A stretch of DNA of 64,000 nucleotides from Alloascoidea hylecoeti (lineage: Eukaryota). The position numbers and the translations under genes were made by a program. Location: contig BCKZ01000003.1 in the NCBI GenBank assembly GCA_001600815.1, positions 62,001-126,000 on the forward strand. The letters are read 5' to 3'. A model generated the notes under the pieces. That model was not told where the DNA came from, searched no databases, and saw only the letters and a program-made list of their open reading frames with translations. Positions 11,577-24,624 of this stretch are shown in pieces. Numbering within the stretch: the first letter of the stretch is position 1; every line of letters begins with the position of its first letter.

Positions 11577-14500
11577 TTATGAAGTAGCCATTGTTGTTAA
11601 TCCTTTCCTAACTGCTAAAACTGAATCAACAATAACTGCATCAACGCCAGCATCCATTTGAATCTTTGCTGCTTCGGGTGTATCATTTTGATTTCCATAG
11701 GTGACTACCAATAATCCTGTCCCTTTAACAACATTAATTAATCTTGGGCACATTAATAATGGAGATGATTCGGTAACAATTCCTAATAAATCCCATCTTT
11801 TTGCAAATCTGATTGCTTCGTGTAAAGAAGAACAACGAACATCTCTCATTGGTGAAAACCCAGATTCTGTTAAAAATAAAACTGGAATAGATGGTTGTTT
11901 CATCGATAATAAAATACAAATATCAGGATGAAATGATGAAAATAAAATATCTCGATCATTTGCAAAATCATAAACACAATTTAAAATTGTATCAACCCAA
12001 AAATTTAAATCAAATTGAATATCTTCCATATCTTCATCTTCACTTTCACTTAAAGTTGGATATTTACATTCAATATTAAATCCCACTTTTTTAGGTAATA
12101 ATTTGAAAACTTCTTCTAAAGTCGTAAAAGGTGCATAAATTGATAATCCTGGTGTATTACCTTTAAAACCTTTATTTTTAAAATCTCTTGTGTGTTTAAT
12201 TTTATCATTAATTAATTCTAATTCTTTTGAATCTGATGTTCTAAAATCAAGATGAAATGACATTGCTCTATTTCTTCTTTTATTATTGATTGAAAAATCA
12301 ATTCCTCCTTTTGATCCATCAATATTTTCAATTTTATCATCAAATTTATTATCAACTTTATTAATAATTTCATTATTAATTTTTTTAACATTTTCGCTTT
12401 CATTTTCATTAGTATCATCAGTTTTTGAATTTCTATGATATAATAAATCATGAGAAATTTTTCTTTGTTCAGATAATCCTAAAAATTGTTCAGATGTTAA
12501 TGTATACATTGGACTATCAATTCCAGTTTCTGCAACCAAAAAATCATGATAAATAACAGGTTTATAATCTTTTGTTAGTTGAACATCAAATTCAACATAA
12601 GATAATCCTAAATTTGCAGCAGCAATTAATGAATCAACTGTATTTTCACCTAATTGTAAAGATTTTTTAATTAAATTGTTTTTACCCATACCACGATGTC
12701 CAATAATTTTTTCATTACGATTTGTTTTATTTGAAATTAGTGATTTCCAATATGTGTTTGTCTTTTTATCAATACCTAATGATTTATGATGAAATGGTTT
12801 AATAACTATGAATTGGAAACTAATTGTACCTAAAATTTCCATTGTATCTGATTTCATAATTGGAACTGTAATTAATTCATGAAGACTTCTCTTTTTGTTA
12901 CCTAAATTTGTAAGAACAGAATCTAATATTGCAACTGCTCTACCAATTGGTGGATTAGTATTCTTTTTATCTGATTTTTTATTAATTGAACTTGTTGCGG
13001 AATATGAAGGTACAATATCAAAATATAATATCACTTTTGATGGATTTAAAGAATGAAAAATAATTGGTTCAGTTGATGTATCATTATTTTTAATTGGTAA
13101 ATCAACAACTGATGATTCTCCAGATGTATGAGATGCTGAAACAATCAACGATAATGCTGTATCTAATTGTGTTGAAGATGCTTTTGAATAAGGAATTTTA
13201 TTAATTTTAATTGGTGATGAATTAAATTGAGTATCTGGTGATCCTAATGTAACAAGAATCATTGAATGTTTTGTCAAATATCGATGACCAATACTTGTAA
13301 CTGCTTCAGTATTTTCTATACTTGAAGGAGAAACAGTTGGAGGCAAAGTTGGAGAAGATCCTAATTTTGGAGATTTTGATCCTGATCTTACCTTATTCTT
13401 CTTATTTGTATTATTTTTTCTAATAATTTCAACTTCATTTGTTGATGATTTATGTGAAGTTAAAAATGGTCTAGTCTCCAAATGAGTAATTGGTTTTAAT
13501 AATTCAGCAACTTTTAAATGTCCTCTTAAACAAGCATGTTCCACTGGTGACCAACCAGATTCATCTGATGATGAATAATTTGCTCCCGAATCAATCAAAA
13601 CTTTTGTTATATCAAGAAAACCTTTAGTTGCTGATAAGAAAATTGGTGTCCAACCAAATTTATTTTCTTTTAATTCTAAATTACATGATTCATTTTGTTT
13701 TCCATAAATTTTATTATTTTTTGAATTTAATAATAATTTAACAATATCTAAATAATTGTTTTTAACTGATAAATGTAATGGAGCTTCACCAGTTTTAGAA
13801 TCTTGGAAATTTATATCAAGTCCATATTCAATTAAAATTCTTGTTATTTCATAGCAACCTAATGAACAAGATAATAATAATAAATTATTATTTTTCAATA
13901 GAACTCCACGAACCATTGATCCAACCAATTCTGTAAAGGTTAGAGTATGTTTTCCAATGATCGATAATTGTAATGGTGATAAATTATAACAATCATAACT
14001 TGAAACATCATCAATAGATTCTTCAGAATCAAATAAACCAAATTTTTTCAAATATTGAATTAAAACTTTTGTAATTAAATGCAAACCATATTGTGATGAA
14101 TAATGTAATGGTTTTCTTTTATATGCATCATTTTCATTTAAAAAATATTGAAATTTAATTGGTAAATTATTTAATATAAATTCAATTGAATCAATTTTAT
14201 CATTTGAATTAATACCATCAGTACCATAAGTTCTTTTTAAAATTGATTGTAATAATGGTTTTTCAGCTGGTGATATACCTTCATGAATTAATTGTGTTTG
14301 TTTACCTAAATTAATAATTAATAAATGAAAGAAATTTCTTTGATTCATTTCTGAAGAATCAATTAATGTTGAAAGATTATCCAATAAATATTTTATACAT
14401 TTAAAACTTGAAAAAATTGTTGATTTAATTAATAAAGATAATAATAATTTATTTGTTAAATGATTTTCAGAATCTTTTTTCAAATTTGTTAAGATTAATT

Positions 14501-15496
14501 TAAAATTATCAATATCATCAATTTTAATTAATTCTTTTAATTCATTAATTTTTGAGGATAAATATGAATTGTTATCATTAATCCGCTTATCATTATTTTC
14601 AATATCTTCGACATCAGAATCAGATGCATCGGAATCGGAGTCAGAATCGGAGTCATGATCATCATCATTATTTTTACTTAATTCGGATAATAACTTATTC
14701 ACCTCAACAATTGATTCTTCAACGGTTGTATTTGAAGTAAATCGACAAACGTATACTTTTGTGTTTAACCAAAGTTGTTGTATTTTTGATCCAGTTTTCT
14801 TATCGAATTTTTTTAAGATTTTAATACAACCTCGAGTATTTAATTCACCAAACCACTAAAGTATAGGTATAAAGATTAGTTTATCATTAAAGAAAACTAG
14901 TATAGAAACTAGTAGGGAAACATACCTTTAAGTTTCTTAAATCACTTCTTAGTTCTAATAAGATATTCAATAAATCTTCATCGATATTATCTTGTTCAAT
15001 TGATTCATTGTTCTCAAACAATGTCGTAATATTCTTTAACCTTCTCAAATATTCATTTTGGTTTTTGTTATAAAAAAAATTGATTTTTTCGATATTTCTA
15101 TCAAAGGAGAATAAAAATGCTTTTTTGAATGACGTTAATATGCTGACATAAAACTAAAAATATTAGTGGATAATTATAATTAGTACTGGCTTACCTTCAA
15201 CATCGGATTTTATCCCCGGGGTATCAGATAAGGGATCTCTTGAGGAGTTGAGGAAGCCTTTGCCATGGGATTGAACAATAACGTTGATTTTTTGTTTTAA
15301 ATCCTTATAGTTCAAGTACGAGTGACTGAAGGTTTGTTAAAAAATCAAAAGCTATGTTGGTGAAAATAGAAGTGCAAGTACAAACCTCCACTCTGGGACT
15401 TGCTTTGTCACCAAGCTGGATTCAGGCCGAAAACGTTANTTTTATTGAAGTATTCCAAATATCTGATATTATTACATACCTTTTTCCAAACTTCAT
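11577..15496 (-). CDS. GDE1: SPX-ankyrin-GDPD glycerophosphocholine phosphodiesterase; exons 15496-15480, 15415-15386, 15325-15195, 15119-14926, 14855-11577
   Basis: Spliced SPX N-terminus MKFGKSLVTKQVPEWSHSYLNYKDLKQKI; ankyrin repeats; GDPD motifs IGHRGMG, EFDVQLTKD and FNIECKYP. Confidence 0.9.
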
Positions 15497-16200
15497 ATCA
15501 ATAAATAAGTTTTATTTTGTTCCAATGAAAATGAAGAAAAGAAGAAAAAAAAAGCAGACATAAATAAATATTTATTTTCAAAACGTGTTCCGCATTTAGA
15601 AACTGTACCGCGCATTATGTATAACCTGCACTGGCCAACCTCAATTTTATCCCAAGCTGGATGCATGCATAATTGCTACTATATTTACTATACGTTGGTC
15701 TGGATTTGTCTGATAAATGTACGTCTGCCACATAAAAACAGAAAGAAAGCCACATTATAATTATCATATAGTTGTTCCTTGAAATGTCTGACTTAAACTC
15801 TGGCGAATTATTAATATGTACCTGTGACATAATTATAAGGCAGTCTGTCCTCTTTAATGTAAAAATTCAATTGTGGAAACACCGGATAATATGGATTTGA
15901 ACCACTTGTGATAATTAATCTCATGTATCATATATCACTATAGGTGACGAGAAATCGATGGAAGCTATTAATAAGAACTCATTTGATGCTATGGAAAGAG
16001 AGGATCAAAATGGTATTCATCCCGGTGTATTGAGCTCAGGGTAACTACATCGGTATCAATAACTAATCCTTAAATGTTTTGAATATATTTTATATATGCG
16101 GTACCTATGATATACATATTTCCTAGCTATTTTTACTTATAGACTACCTTCATGTCTGGACAATTTACAATGGCAACTTCAGCGAGAATAAACACCATTC

Positions 16201-19200
16201 TTATGATTCCATTTCAACATCATCATCCTCATTACTATCAAGAACAGTAATGTCTAAACTAGTTTCTCTATCTGCGTCGACATAAGAATCACACATAACA
16301 GTAATCTTAAGATCATGTTGTCCAGCATTTGGCGCTTCAAATTGAAGTTTTGTAATTTGACTTTTCTTAGAGATAGCAATTCTCTTTATTGCGAGTATTT
16401 GTTTCGTAGATGACTCACTAATAAGTATCCACCATTGTTCTGTCTTTGGGAAAGGGAAGAATGGAGCACTGACAATTAAATCTGGGTCCTGATCTCTGTC
16501 AAGTTTCACAGCTACCGACACAATACTTCCTGCCTCAATTTTCTCTTCCAAGATATCATATGAAACACTAATGAATGGATACTTGTTCACAAATTCAGCA
16601 ACCGCATTCACTTGCTTATTGTCCATTTTAAGGATGACATCTCGTTCATCATCTTCTAGGTTTATAATATCATCAATACCTTCAACCCCAGCTTTTGTAC
16701 AACGGTCAATAACATCTGAGGAAAAATGGGGAATTTGCTTAAGAGGACTATCACGATTCCAGACTGCTTGTACCACCATTTGTGACAAATCCATGGCATT
16801 CATGGCATTTAAATGCCCTTCACCAGAAAGAACATCAACAACAGCAGCTAAAAGACCCAATATTTTTTCAAGAATTATATTCTGATCAGAAGCTAAATCG
16901 GGAGGTAAGGAGAGTCTAGAAAAGTGTGCTTGTAATAGAACAAATGCTTTGAAAGATGGAGATGAGTACACTGCTTCAGAAATCTTAACAGGAACATAAT
17001 CGTAAATCTTTGCTAAAACAGACTCTTCATGAGTTCTAATAGGAAGTATTTCAAATTCAGCTGCCGAAGAGACAATCTCTAGAATACTTTTAAGTTTGGA
17101 TTTACCCGTGAGTGACAATAAAAATGTTTGCATCGTAACATATGAGATATTATGATGTGCCGATATTTCTGCACCTGGAGTTGGAACTATTGTTGTAGGT
17201 CCATTATCATCCTCTTCCTCTTCTTCCTCTTCTTCATTGATACCATCTTCATATAGTTCTACCAATTTTGCTTCTGATAGCTCCTTAAGAGTATCCTCCA
17301 CTAGATCTGATAGGTATTCATTCAACTGGTTGACTTTAAGAAGACCATAAAAACTTGGATTAGCTTTTAACCGTCTTAGGAAATATGTGTATGTAAGCCA
17401 AGTAACACAACCCTGTTCATTTTTTATAATCTGGTTACAAATCTCTGGTATAATAGAATCATGTAAATAAACATTGAGATGACTTTCAATAGGAAGAGCT
17501 TCTTTCAAAAATTTAAGATAGTAATCACGTTTAGTATTATTCGTAAGAATTAATACCTGTCCATTTTCAGTATCATCCCTTGGGGCACAGCCGATCATTT
17601 CGAGTAGGTCAATTAATGAATAATCAATATAACGATGCTCTTTTCCTTCAAAAAATTGAGTCCCCATGACCACAACCAAATTACCTTTAGGACAATACCA
17701 GCAAGTATCCATAGTTGCAAGTAAAACTTGAATTGCCCCTATTTCATATAACCGAGTAACAATAGTTCGATCATTTTTATTCATATTGCTATATAAGAAA
17801 CCAATACCACGTGTAACACTTTGTTTTAAAGTCAAATCATGAATTTTGTTCAAATATGGTGCCAATGATTTTTGATCTGTGTGAATAAAAAGGTCTTCAT
17901 TATCCTCAGCTTGTGCTAATTTAAACAGTTCTGAACTTGTCTCCACACATTGTTTTCTAGTATCAACAAAAACAACACAATGTTGTGATTCTTGTTTCAA
18001 TGCCGAAAACGTGGGTTTAGCCATTGCTATTAATAATGAAGGATGGTGGATAACACTTAAAGCCGATAAACGAATCTTCAATGGTTTCTGACGAGCTTCA
18101 GGAGAAAAGTTAAAAATATTACGTTTATTAGCACCAATCCATTCACCAAAATCTCTTCCATTTGATAAAGATGTACTTAATGCAATCATTCTAATTTTCT
18201 TTTCAATCTGAACTGAAATAAATTTCATTCTTGATATTATTACCTCATATATAGAACCATTTTGACCTCCAACCATTTGTACATCATCTGCAATGAATAG
18301 TTCAACCTCTTGAACATTTTTTCTTTGAAGCCATTTTCGAGACAAATAATCCCATTGAGTAGGAGTTGCTAGAATTAAATGTGATTGGGCTAATAACTTT
18401 CTATCACTAGCCAACTCTCCAGTTAATTTGTTTATTTCTTTACCACCAGATAATTGAGAAAGACGTTTTCGCCAGTCTTTTAGTCTGTCATCGATTTGTT
18501 CTTGAAAAGGGGCAATATAGACAACTCGGCCTCTTTCTAGTTTCCAATGCCTTAAAATGGAAAGCTCTGCACATGCTGTTTTCCCACTTCCTTTGGGAAT
18601 ACCAACAAATACATCATCATCAGTCCCATAAAGGGATGTATAAGCCTGTGATTGAACTCTATTGAACGTTTTGAAGGGGAAAATATTAGAAAACTCTTGA
18701 ATTCCTAAATCATTTGTTGGGATAAGTTGATCAAGTAAAGGTGTATGTTCTGGGAATTTCTTTGGAACAACTAGCTGAATTAGAGGAACTGCCATTCTTG
18801 TTTCACAATGTAACCATCTTTCGGAAATAATTGTAACAAAGTAATTTGGTTGGATCGGTTCTAAGAGCTTAACAGTGAAGTCGATATAATGTTCAGTTCC
18901 AATATACTTTTTTCGAACAATAAAATAATCGTTATATAGTAATTGCTCACTATCACAATCTTCTACAAATATGTAGAATGGTTCAGCTAGACCGTGGACA
19001 CTTTCATTCCATTCAAATTCAGGGGTTATCGCCAATTCAAATTTAAGCAAACTTGGAGTCATGGGTCGGAAACGAACATCTAATGACAGACGGGGAAATT
19101 GACGAAGCATATTAAATGCTCTTTGTCCAAGGGAAACGTTTCTTAGTCTTAGAAGTTCTGTAACTTCTGCTGTATCTTTCAATTCTAAATATTGGGACCA

Positions 19201-22200
19201 TGGTAACTGTGAAGATTCTTGATGTCGGATTATATCTCGAGGACAGTCGGGAAACTGTGTGAATGGAGAGTTAGTTAGCCAGATCCGTTTAGCTACCATT
19301 TTGCTTAAGTCAAGGATTAGTTTTGATAATTGAGCCCAACCTTTTCTTAAACATATTTCATAAATAGCACGTAATAATCTTCCAGCAGACTGAGTAACGT
19401 ATACCATATCCGACATTAAAACAAATGTGTCAAGTTTAAGCCGAGAAATATATGCTTGAAGTAAAATATTGATCTTGGCTGTGGGATCATCAATCCCCTC
19501 TCTGATGGGAATAGGAACTCTCTCTAGAAGTTTTGTTAATTCGGCCTTCTCTCCACCCCTAACTGGGATGTATTTGAATTCTCCTGACATGGCAAATAAT
19601 CTAAAAATCTCAATAGGTGAAAAATATGGTTTCAAATGCTTATTATACATATCCATAGAAAAATGGGAAATATAATAATGAGATGATATTTTACCTAGTT
19701 CAGTTGAGTATATTACTCCACTTGTCTTATCATACTTTACTAATTTGGCCTTTTCTAATAATAAAAGAGCTGAATGGACTAAGTCCAATCTCTTTTGTAA
19801 GAGGTCCTTATCATTGGCATATTCTGCACCAACTTTGTAAACGTCTGGAGATTTCAGCATACGAACAAAAAGGTAGGTATAACCAAGCCATTTAATTGCT
19901 TCCTCTAAAGTAGAAATTGTGCCTAATACGATTTCGGCGTTAAGATGATCTGGAAGTTTGGAAATAAATTGACTTTCTATTGGCAATTGCGTATTAATTA
20001 AAGACATGTAGAATTGCAATTCTTTCCGTGTTGTGATAATTATACCTTCACCAGAGGTATCATATCCTGGTCTACCAGCTCTTCCAAGCATTTGAATTAC
20101 ATCTTGAGGTGATAATTCTGCCCAACGACCCTTTTCTGGAGAGTATACCTGTGTTCCACGAATAATAACAGTATGCGCCGGAAGATTTACACCCCATGCT
20201 AAAGTTGCAGTTGATACAAGAACTTGAATAAACCCTTCTTTAAAAGCCTCTTCGACTGTACCTCTATCTGATCTTGAAAGACCGGCATGATGAACAGCAA
20301 ACCCTGTTGGATATAAATCTCTAAGACCATTATCCTTAATTTTTTCGCTTTCTGTTTTAAGCACTTCATGAGCAGAAGAATCCTTACCTAGAAATCTGTT
20401 GAGGGTACCATTTTCGATAGCTGTATCACGTAAATATCTTGCTGTTTTAACCGTTTCCTTTCTTGAATGGACAAAAATAATGACTTGATTGTTCCCAGCA
20501 TTTTCCATAACTTTTTCATAACAAGCATCATTCATTGAACGGTACTGTTCTATACTACTTTTATCTGTTACGCCAATATATTGCTGACTTAAAGGACAAG
20601 GACGGTATGTAGCATCGAAATAAAATAATCCAGTTTTGAGGTCAACACGTAGAAATTGAGCAACGTCTTTATAGTTAGGTAGTGTAGCTGATAAACCAAC
20701 TAATCTTACAGGATCCCCGGTGGCCTCTGTTTTACGTAACGTTCTTGCAACAATACTTTCTAGAACTGGACCTCTCTCATCATGTAACAAATGAATTTCA
20801 TCAATGATTATTAGTCGTACAAGATTTGTATAACTAATATCAGAACTTTTTCTTGTAATAACATCCCATTTTTCAGGAGTAGTGACAATAACTTGAGTTT
20901 CTGAGATCTGCTGTTTTGTCAATTGACTATCACCCGTAAGCTCTGCAACTTTGATACCAAATGGATTAAGCCGTTTTGAAAAGGAGTTTACTTGTTCTTG
21001 TACTAAAGCTTTTAATGGGGCGATATAAATAATTTTGAAGGCATCCAGATCAACTTTAGAATCATTCATATATAGTGAGATTGTCCGAAGCATGCTCAAA
21101 AGAGCCACATTAGTCTTACCACCACCTGTTGGAGCACATAACAATATATTCTGATCATCTTTGAAAGCGGTAGGATAAAGTTTACTTTGTATTCTATTTA
21201 GTGATTTGATCTCCGTTCCAAATGCTTTCTGAGCCCAGTGTGGAAGATCAGATATAGGTACTAACGGTTCACTATTACTACCCTTGGGAGATGTAGGTGG
21301 TGGGACGTGTATCTCTTCGTACTTTTTATTTTTTGTAGATTTACTTGATCCTTTAGGAAGTTGAACATCAGGCGAAGTTTTCAAATGATTGCCTTGATCA
21401 AATTCGAGTGCTTCTAAAGAAACAGTCCTTGGGATATGTGCACCTTTGACTGCTGACCATTCCAGTTCCATGGAACTGTCAAATTCTTCCTCTTTTTTCG
21501 TTGAGTCGTTTTGTTGTTCTGCACTTCCATGTAATTCCAATAGTATCCAGTTGAGGCCGGCCTTTTTAATATCATTTCTGATACTATCACGTTCTTGAGT
21601 AGATTCGGCTTTGGCGAGGAGTGTTAACCAAACAATTTTCTCCTGATTTTTGACTAGTAATGCTATCAATTCATTGTGGTTATATTCGAAAATTTCAAAT
21701 AGTTTATTTTCTAATTGGTAGTTGGCTTCTCCTAAGTTTTGCAATGCTTCAAAAGTCTGTGTAGTTTTTTCCTGAATAACATGAGAGTCGTTGTACACTT
21801 CACTAATTTTCCTTTGTAGCCAGAACGTGTCAATCTCGTAAGCTGGAACCAATTTATCATCTTCATCTTCCTCTTTCTTCATAATGGTATCATCAATTAC
21901 ATCATCGAAACCAATTTCTTCATTTTCTTCTTCAGATAAATTTTCTTCAATAGATTCATCATCGTCGCTCAATCCCTCAAAACTTCCTTCATCGTCATCG
22001 TCACTAATAGGATCAACTGCAACTCCCAAACGTTCATCTGATTGATTTTCAGATATTTGGTCACCAGGCGAAACATAATCGTTAATTTGTTGACATAAGT
22101 TGACCAAATTGCTATAAACTTTATCTGACAAAGAAGATTCAAGAAGACTTTCAGAACTGGTTCGCTTTTGTTCTGCGGGTATATCACTCTTTGAAATTTC

Positions 22201-22644
22201 CAGTAAAGTATCGGAAGCTGAGCTTACTATATCATCTGCAACATCACCTAGTATAGATTGTGTCCAGGAAAAAATCAAATTAAAGATTCGCTGGGTTTCA
22301 ACTGTTGTAGGCCTATATTTCAGGATATCGGTGCCTGCTTCTAAAAGAGTAGTATTGGTTCCAATTGGTTTAAGAGTTTCTGCGTAGGATAATTTTGTCA
22401 AGCTCTTGCTACTTTTGTCATCAAACTTTTTCTTTTCATCCTCTGATACTTTTACTCTTTTCACTCGATTTCCCATATCATTTTTGGATACTTTCCCAGC
22501 CAAAGATTCAGGTTCGACAACATCTTCATTGTCCCCAGCCCTGCCATCCCCACGCCTATCCTGGCGCTGGACCTTATTGGACATTTCACTGTACTTGTAC
22601 TTTGAATAATCCATTTTTTCTTTTTCTTTTTCATGATCAGTCAT
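16201..22644 (-). CDS. BRR2: U5 snRNP DExD/H RNA helicase
   Basis: Two helicase-Sec63 cassettes (APTGGGKT, DEIH, SATLPN, QMLGRAGRP). First ATG at 22644; the ORF-track start is a TTG. Confidence 0.95.
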   Translation of the reverse strand: MTDHEKEKEKMDYSKYKYSEMSNKVQRQDRRGDGRAGDNEDVVEPESLAGKVSKNDMGNRVKRVKVSEDEKKKFDDKSSKSLTKLSYAETLKPIGTNTTLLEAGTDILKYRPTTVETQRIFNLIFSWTQSILGDVADDIVSSASDTLLEISKSDIPAEQKRTSSESLLESSLSDKVYSNLVNLCQQINDYVSPGDQISENQSDERLGVAVDPISDDDDEGSFEGLSDDDESIEENLSEEENEEIGFDDVIDDTIMKKEEDEDDKLVPAYEIDTFWLQRKISEVYNDSHVIQEKTTQTFEALQNLGEANYQLENKLFEIFEYNHNELIALLVKNQEKIVWLTLLAKAESTQERDSIRNDIKKAGLNWILLELHGSAEQQNDSTKKEEEFDSSMELEWSAVKGAHIPRTVSLEALEFDQGNHLKTSPDVQLPKGSSKSTKNKKYEEIHVPPPTSPKGSNSEPLVPISDLPHWAQKAFGTEIKSLNRIQSKLYPTAFKDDQNILLCAPTGGGKTNVALLSMLRTISLYMNDSKVDLDAFKIIYIAPLKALVQEQVNSFSKRLNPFGIKVAELTGDSQLTKQQISETQVIVTTPEKWDVITRKSSDISYTNLVRLIIIDEIHLLHDERGPVLESIVARTLRKTEATGDPVRLVGLSATLPNYKDVAQFLRVDLKTGLFYFDATYRPCPLSQQYIGVTDKSSIEQYRSMNDACYEKVMENAGNNQVIIFVHSRKETVKTARYLRDTAIENGTLNRFLGKDSSAHEVLKTESEKIKDNGLRDLYPTGFAVHHAGLSRSDRGTVEEAFKEGFIQVLVSTATLAWGVNLPAHTVIIRGTQVYSPEKGRWAELSPQDVIQMLGRAGRPGYDTSGEGIIITTRKELQFYMSLINTQLPIESQFISKLPDHLNAEIVLGTISTLEEAIKWLGYTYLFVRMLKSPDVYKVGAEYANDKDLLQKRLDLVHSALLLLEKAKLVKYDKTSGVIYSTELGKISSHYYISHFSMDMYNKHLKPYFSPIEIFRLFAMSGEFKYIPVRGGEKAELTKLLERVPIPIREGIDDPTAKINILLQAYISRLKLDTFVLMSDMVYVTQSAGRLLRAIYEICLRKGWAQLSKLILDLSKMVAKRIWLTNSPFTQFPDCPRDIIRHQESSQLPWSQYLELKDTAEVTELLRLRNVSLGQRAFNMLRQFPRLSLDVRFRPMTPSLLKFELAITPEFEWNESVHGLAEPFYIFVEDCDSEQLLYNDYFIVRKKYIGTEHYIDFTVKLLEPIQPNYFVTIISERWLHCETRMAVPLIQLVVPKKFPEHTPLLDQLIPTNDLGIQEFSNIFPFKTFNRVQSQAYTSLYGTDDDVFVGIPKGSGKTACAELSILRHWKLERGRVVYIAPFQEQIDDRLKDWRKRLSQLSGGKEINKLTGELASDRKLLAQSHLILATPTQWDYLSRKWLQRKNVQEVELFIADDVQMVGGQNGSIYEVIISRMKFISVQIEKKIRMIALSTSLSNGRDFGEWIGANKRNIFNFSPEARQKPLKIRLSALSVIHHPSLLIAMAKPTFSALKQESQHCVVFVDTRKQCVETSSELFKLAQAEDNEDLFIHTDQKSLAPYLNKIHDLTLKQSVTRGIGFLYSNMNKNDRTIVTRLYEIGAIQVLLATMDTCWYCPKGNLVVVMGTQFFEGKEHRYIDYSLIDLLEMIGCAPRDDTENGQVLILTNNTKRDYYLKFLKEALPIESHLNVYLHDSIIPEICNQIIKNEQGCVTWLTYTYFLRRLKANPSFYGLLKVNQLNEYLSDLVEDTLKELSEAKLVELYEDGINEEEEEEEEDDNGPTTIVPTPGAEISAHHNISYVTMQTFLLSLTGKSKLKSILEIVSSAAEFEILPIRTHEESVLAKIYDYVPVKISEAVYSSPSFKAFVLLQAHFSRLSLPPDLASDQNIILEKILGLLAAVVDVLSGEGHLNAMNAMDLSQMVVQAVWNRDSPLKQIPHFSSDVIDRCTKAGVEGIDDIINLEDDERDVILKMDNKQVNAVAEFVNKYPFISVSYDILEEKIEAGSIVSVAVKLDRDQDPDLIVSAPFFPFPKTEQWWILISESSTKQILAIKRIAISKKSQITKLQFEAPNAGQHDLKITVMCDSYVDADRETSLDITVLDSNEDDDVEMES

Positions 22645-22736
22645 GTTTGATAATAATAATTTGGAGATGCTCAATATGTGAAGACCCGTGAAAAATAAAA
22701 TTATAGGTGTACGGATGTTTCCTTGTAGTGTGTACT

Positions 22737-22744
22737 TTACCCGG
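22737..22744. promoter_or_regulatory. Reb1-like site TTACCCGG in the divergent BRR2/PDA1 promoter
   Basis: Matches the Reb1 consensus; the same motif occurs upstream of the BAG gene (28652-28659, reverse) and CSN4 (45544-45551). Confidence 0.5.
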
Positions 22745-22826
22745 CCTTAATGTAGTTTATAACTGTAGATGTTCTTGTCCTTTTTCTCCCTTCAATTTCT
22801 TCATTTTTTATTGATATTTATAGACA

Positions 22827-24479
22827 ATGCTTAGAACGGTTTCTATGACTTCTTTGCAGGCCGTTAGACCTGTTCTACCACTACTGGCTGGTAGATCACT
22901 TCTTAAATTTGCTGCAAGAACTATGGCTACAGAAGCTAAAGATGATGAGGTATGTTTATTTTAAAGTTTCACTTAAATCTAATTTATAATGTCAATTGAG
23001 TCTTTTTTGAACATTCTTGATTTCCTTCTTCACTGAATTCTTCTTGTCTCGTACGGGGAATTGCGACATCTCCTAATTATATTATTACGGTATTTATAAA
23101 TCTGATGATATCTAATAATATGTGCCTTGTTGATTTTCCTTGTTTTGAATTAAACATGCATTTGCATGCGTTTCTCTCCATAAAACATTTTTTAAAGATA
23201 AATAATAAGACTGCATTTCCTTGTTGAAAGTACAAGGAAACTCTTAATCTTTAAACTATCTTTTGTAATGGTGACTGGATATTAACTGTTCTTTCGGTGT
23301 TATAGATTGTTGAGATCCAACTTAAGCCATCAAGTTTCGAAACTTATAATCTTGATGCACCACCATTGACATATGAGACTACCAAAGGTAAACTTGTTCA
23401 GATGTATAAAGATATGGTCACGATTAGGTAGGTAGACTGATATTTAAATTAATTACTATTGTACAAGTCCTAACATATATTCTAGACGTATGGAAATGTC
23501 GACAGATCAAGCTTACAAAGCCAAGAAAGTAAGAGGTTTCTGTCATCTTTCAATTGGTCAAGAAGCAGTTTCTGTTGGAATTGAACATGCTATCAATAAG
23601 AAAGATACCATTATCACCTCCTATCGTTGTCATGCGTTTGCTTATATGAGGGGTGCATCTGTTAAGGAAGTTGTGGGGGAATTGATGGGTAAAAGATGTG
23701 GTGTGACTTACGGTAAAGGTGGTTCAATGCACATGTTTACAAATGGATTTTATGGTGGTAATGGTATTGTTGGTGCTCAAGTACCACTTGGCGCTGGGCT
23801 AGCATTTGCTCATAAATACAATGGAGAGCAAGCTGCAACATTTAATCTTTACGGTGATGGTGCAGCTAATCAAGGTCAGGTTTATGAATCCTTTAATATG
23901 GCTAAATTGTGGAATTTGCCTTGCATCTTTGTTTGTGAAAACAATAAGTATGGCTTGGGAACAGCCGCTAGCAGATCTTCAGCTATGACAGAATACTACA
24001 AGAGAGCGCAATATATTCCAGGTTTGAAATGTAATGGTATGGATGTTTTGGCAACGTTGCAAGCAGCTAAATTCGCAAAGGATTGGTGTATTTCAGGAAA
24101 AGGACCATTAGTGTTGGAATACGAAACTTACAGATATGGAGGACACTCAATGTCCGATCCTGGTACCACATATAGAACTCGTGAGGAGATCGCACATATG
24201 AGATCTACAAGCGATTGTATTGCTGGTCTCAAAGCTAAGCTGATAGAGCTTGGAATTGCCACTGAAGAAGAAATCAAAGCAATGGATAAAGAATGCCGTA
24301 CTCAAGTTGAGAAAGAGATTGCAGAAGCGGATGCTGCTCCTCCTCCAGAAGCCAAATTCGATATTCTGTTTGAGGATGTTTATGCCCCAGGATCAGAAGT
24401 GCCATTTTTGAGAGGCCGTATCTCGGATGACTCCTGGTATTTTGATAAAGAGTATAAAAAGACGATGGATGCGTTGTAA
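22827..24479 (+). CDS. PDA1: Pyruvate dehydrogenase E1 alpha; exons 22827-22949, 23306-23427, 23486-24479
   Basis: Mitochondrial presequence MLRTVSMTSLQAVRP; VRGFCHL, GDGAANQGQ and YRYGGHSMSDPG motifs; both introns keep frame. Confidence 0.95.
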
Positions 24480-24624
24480 GTTAATAAATAGTATCAGTAT
24501 AGATATTTAATGTTAGGTCATGTGATCATATTACCCTACTACATATAAGTTATAATTTATATCCTTTTCCTTTTTAGCTGTCATTATCTTTATCATACGC
24601 TTTTATAGAAAATTATTATCATCC

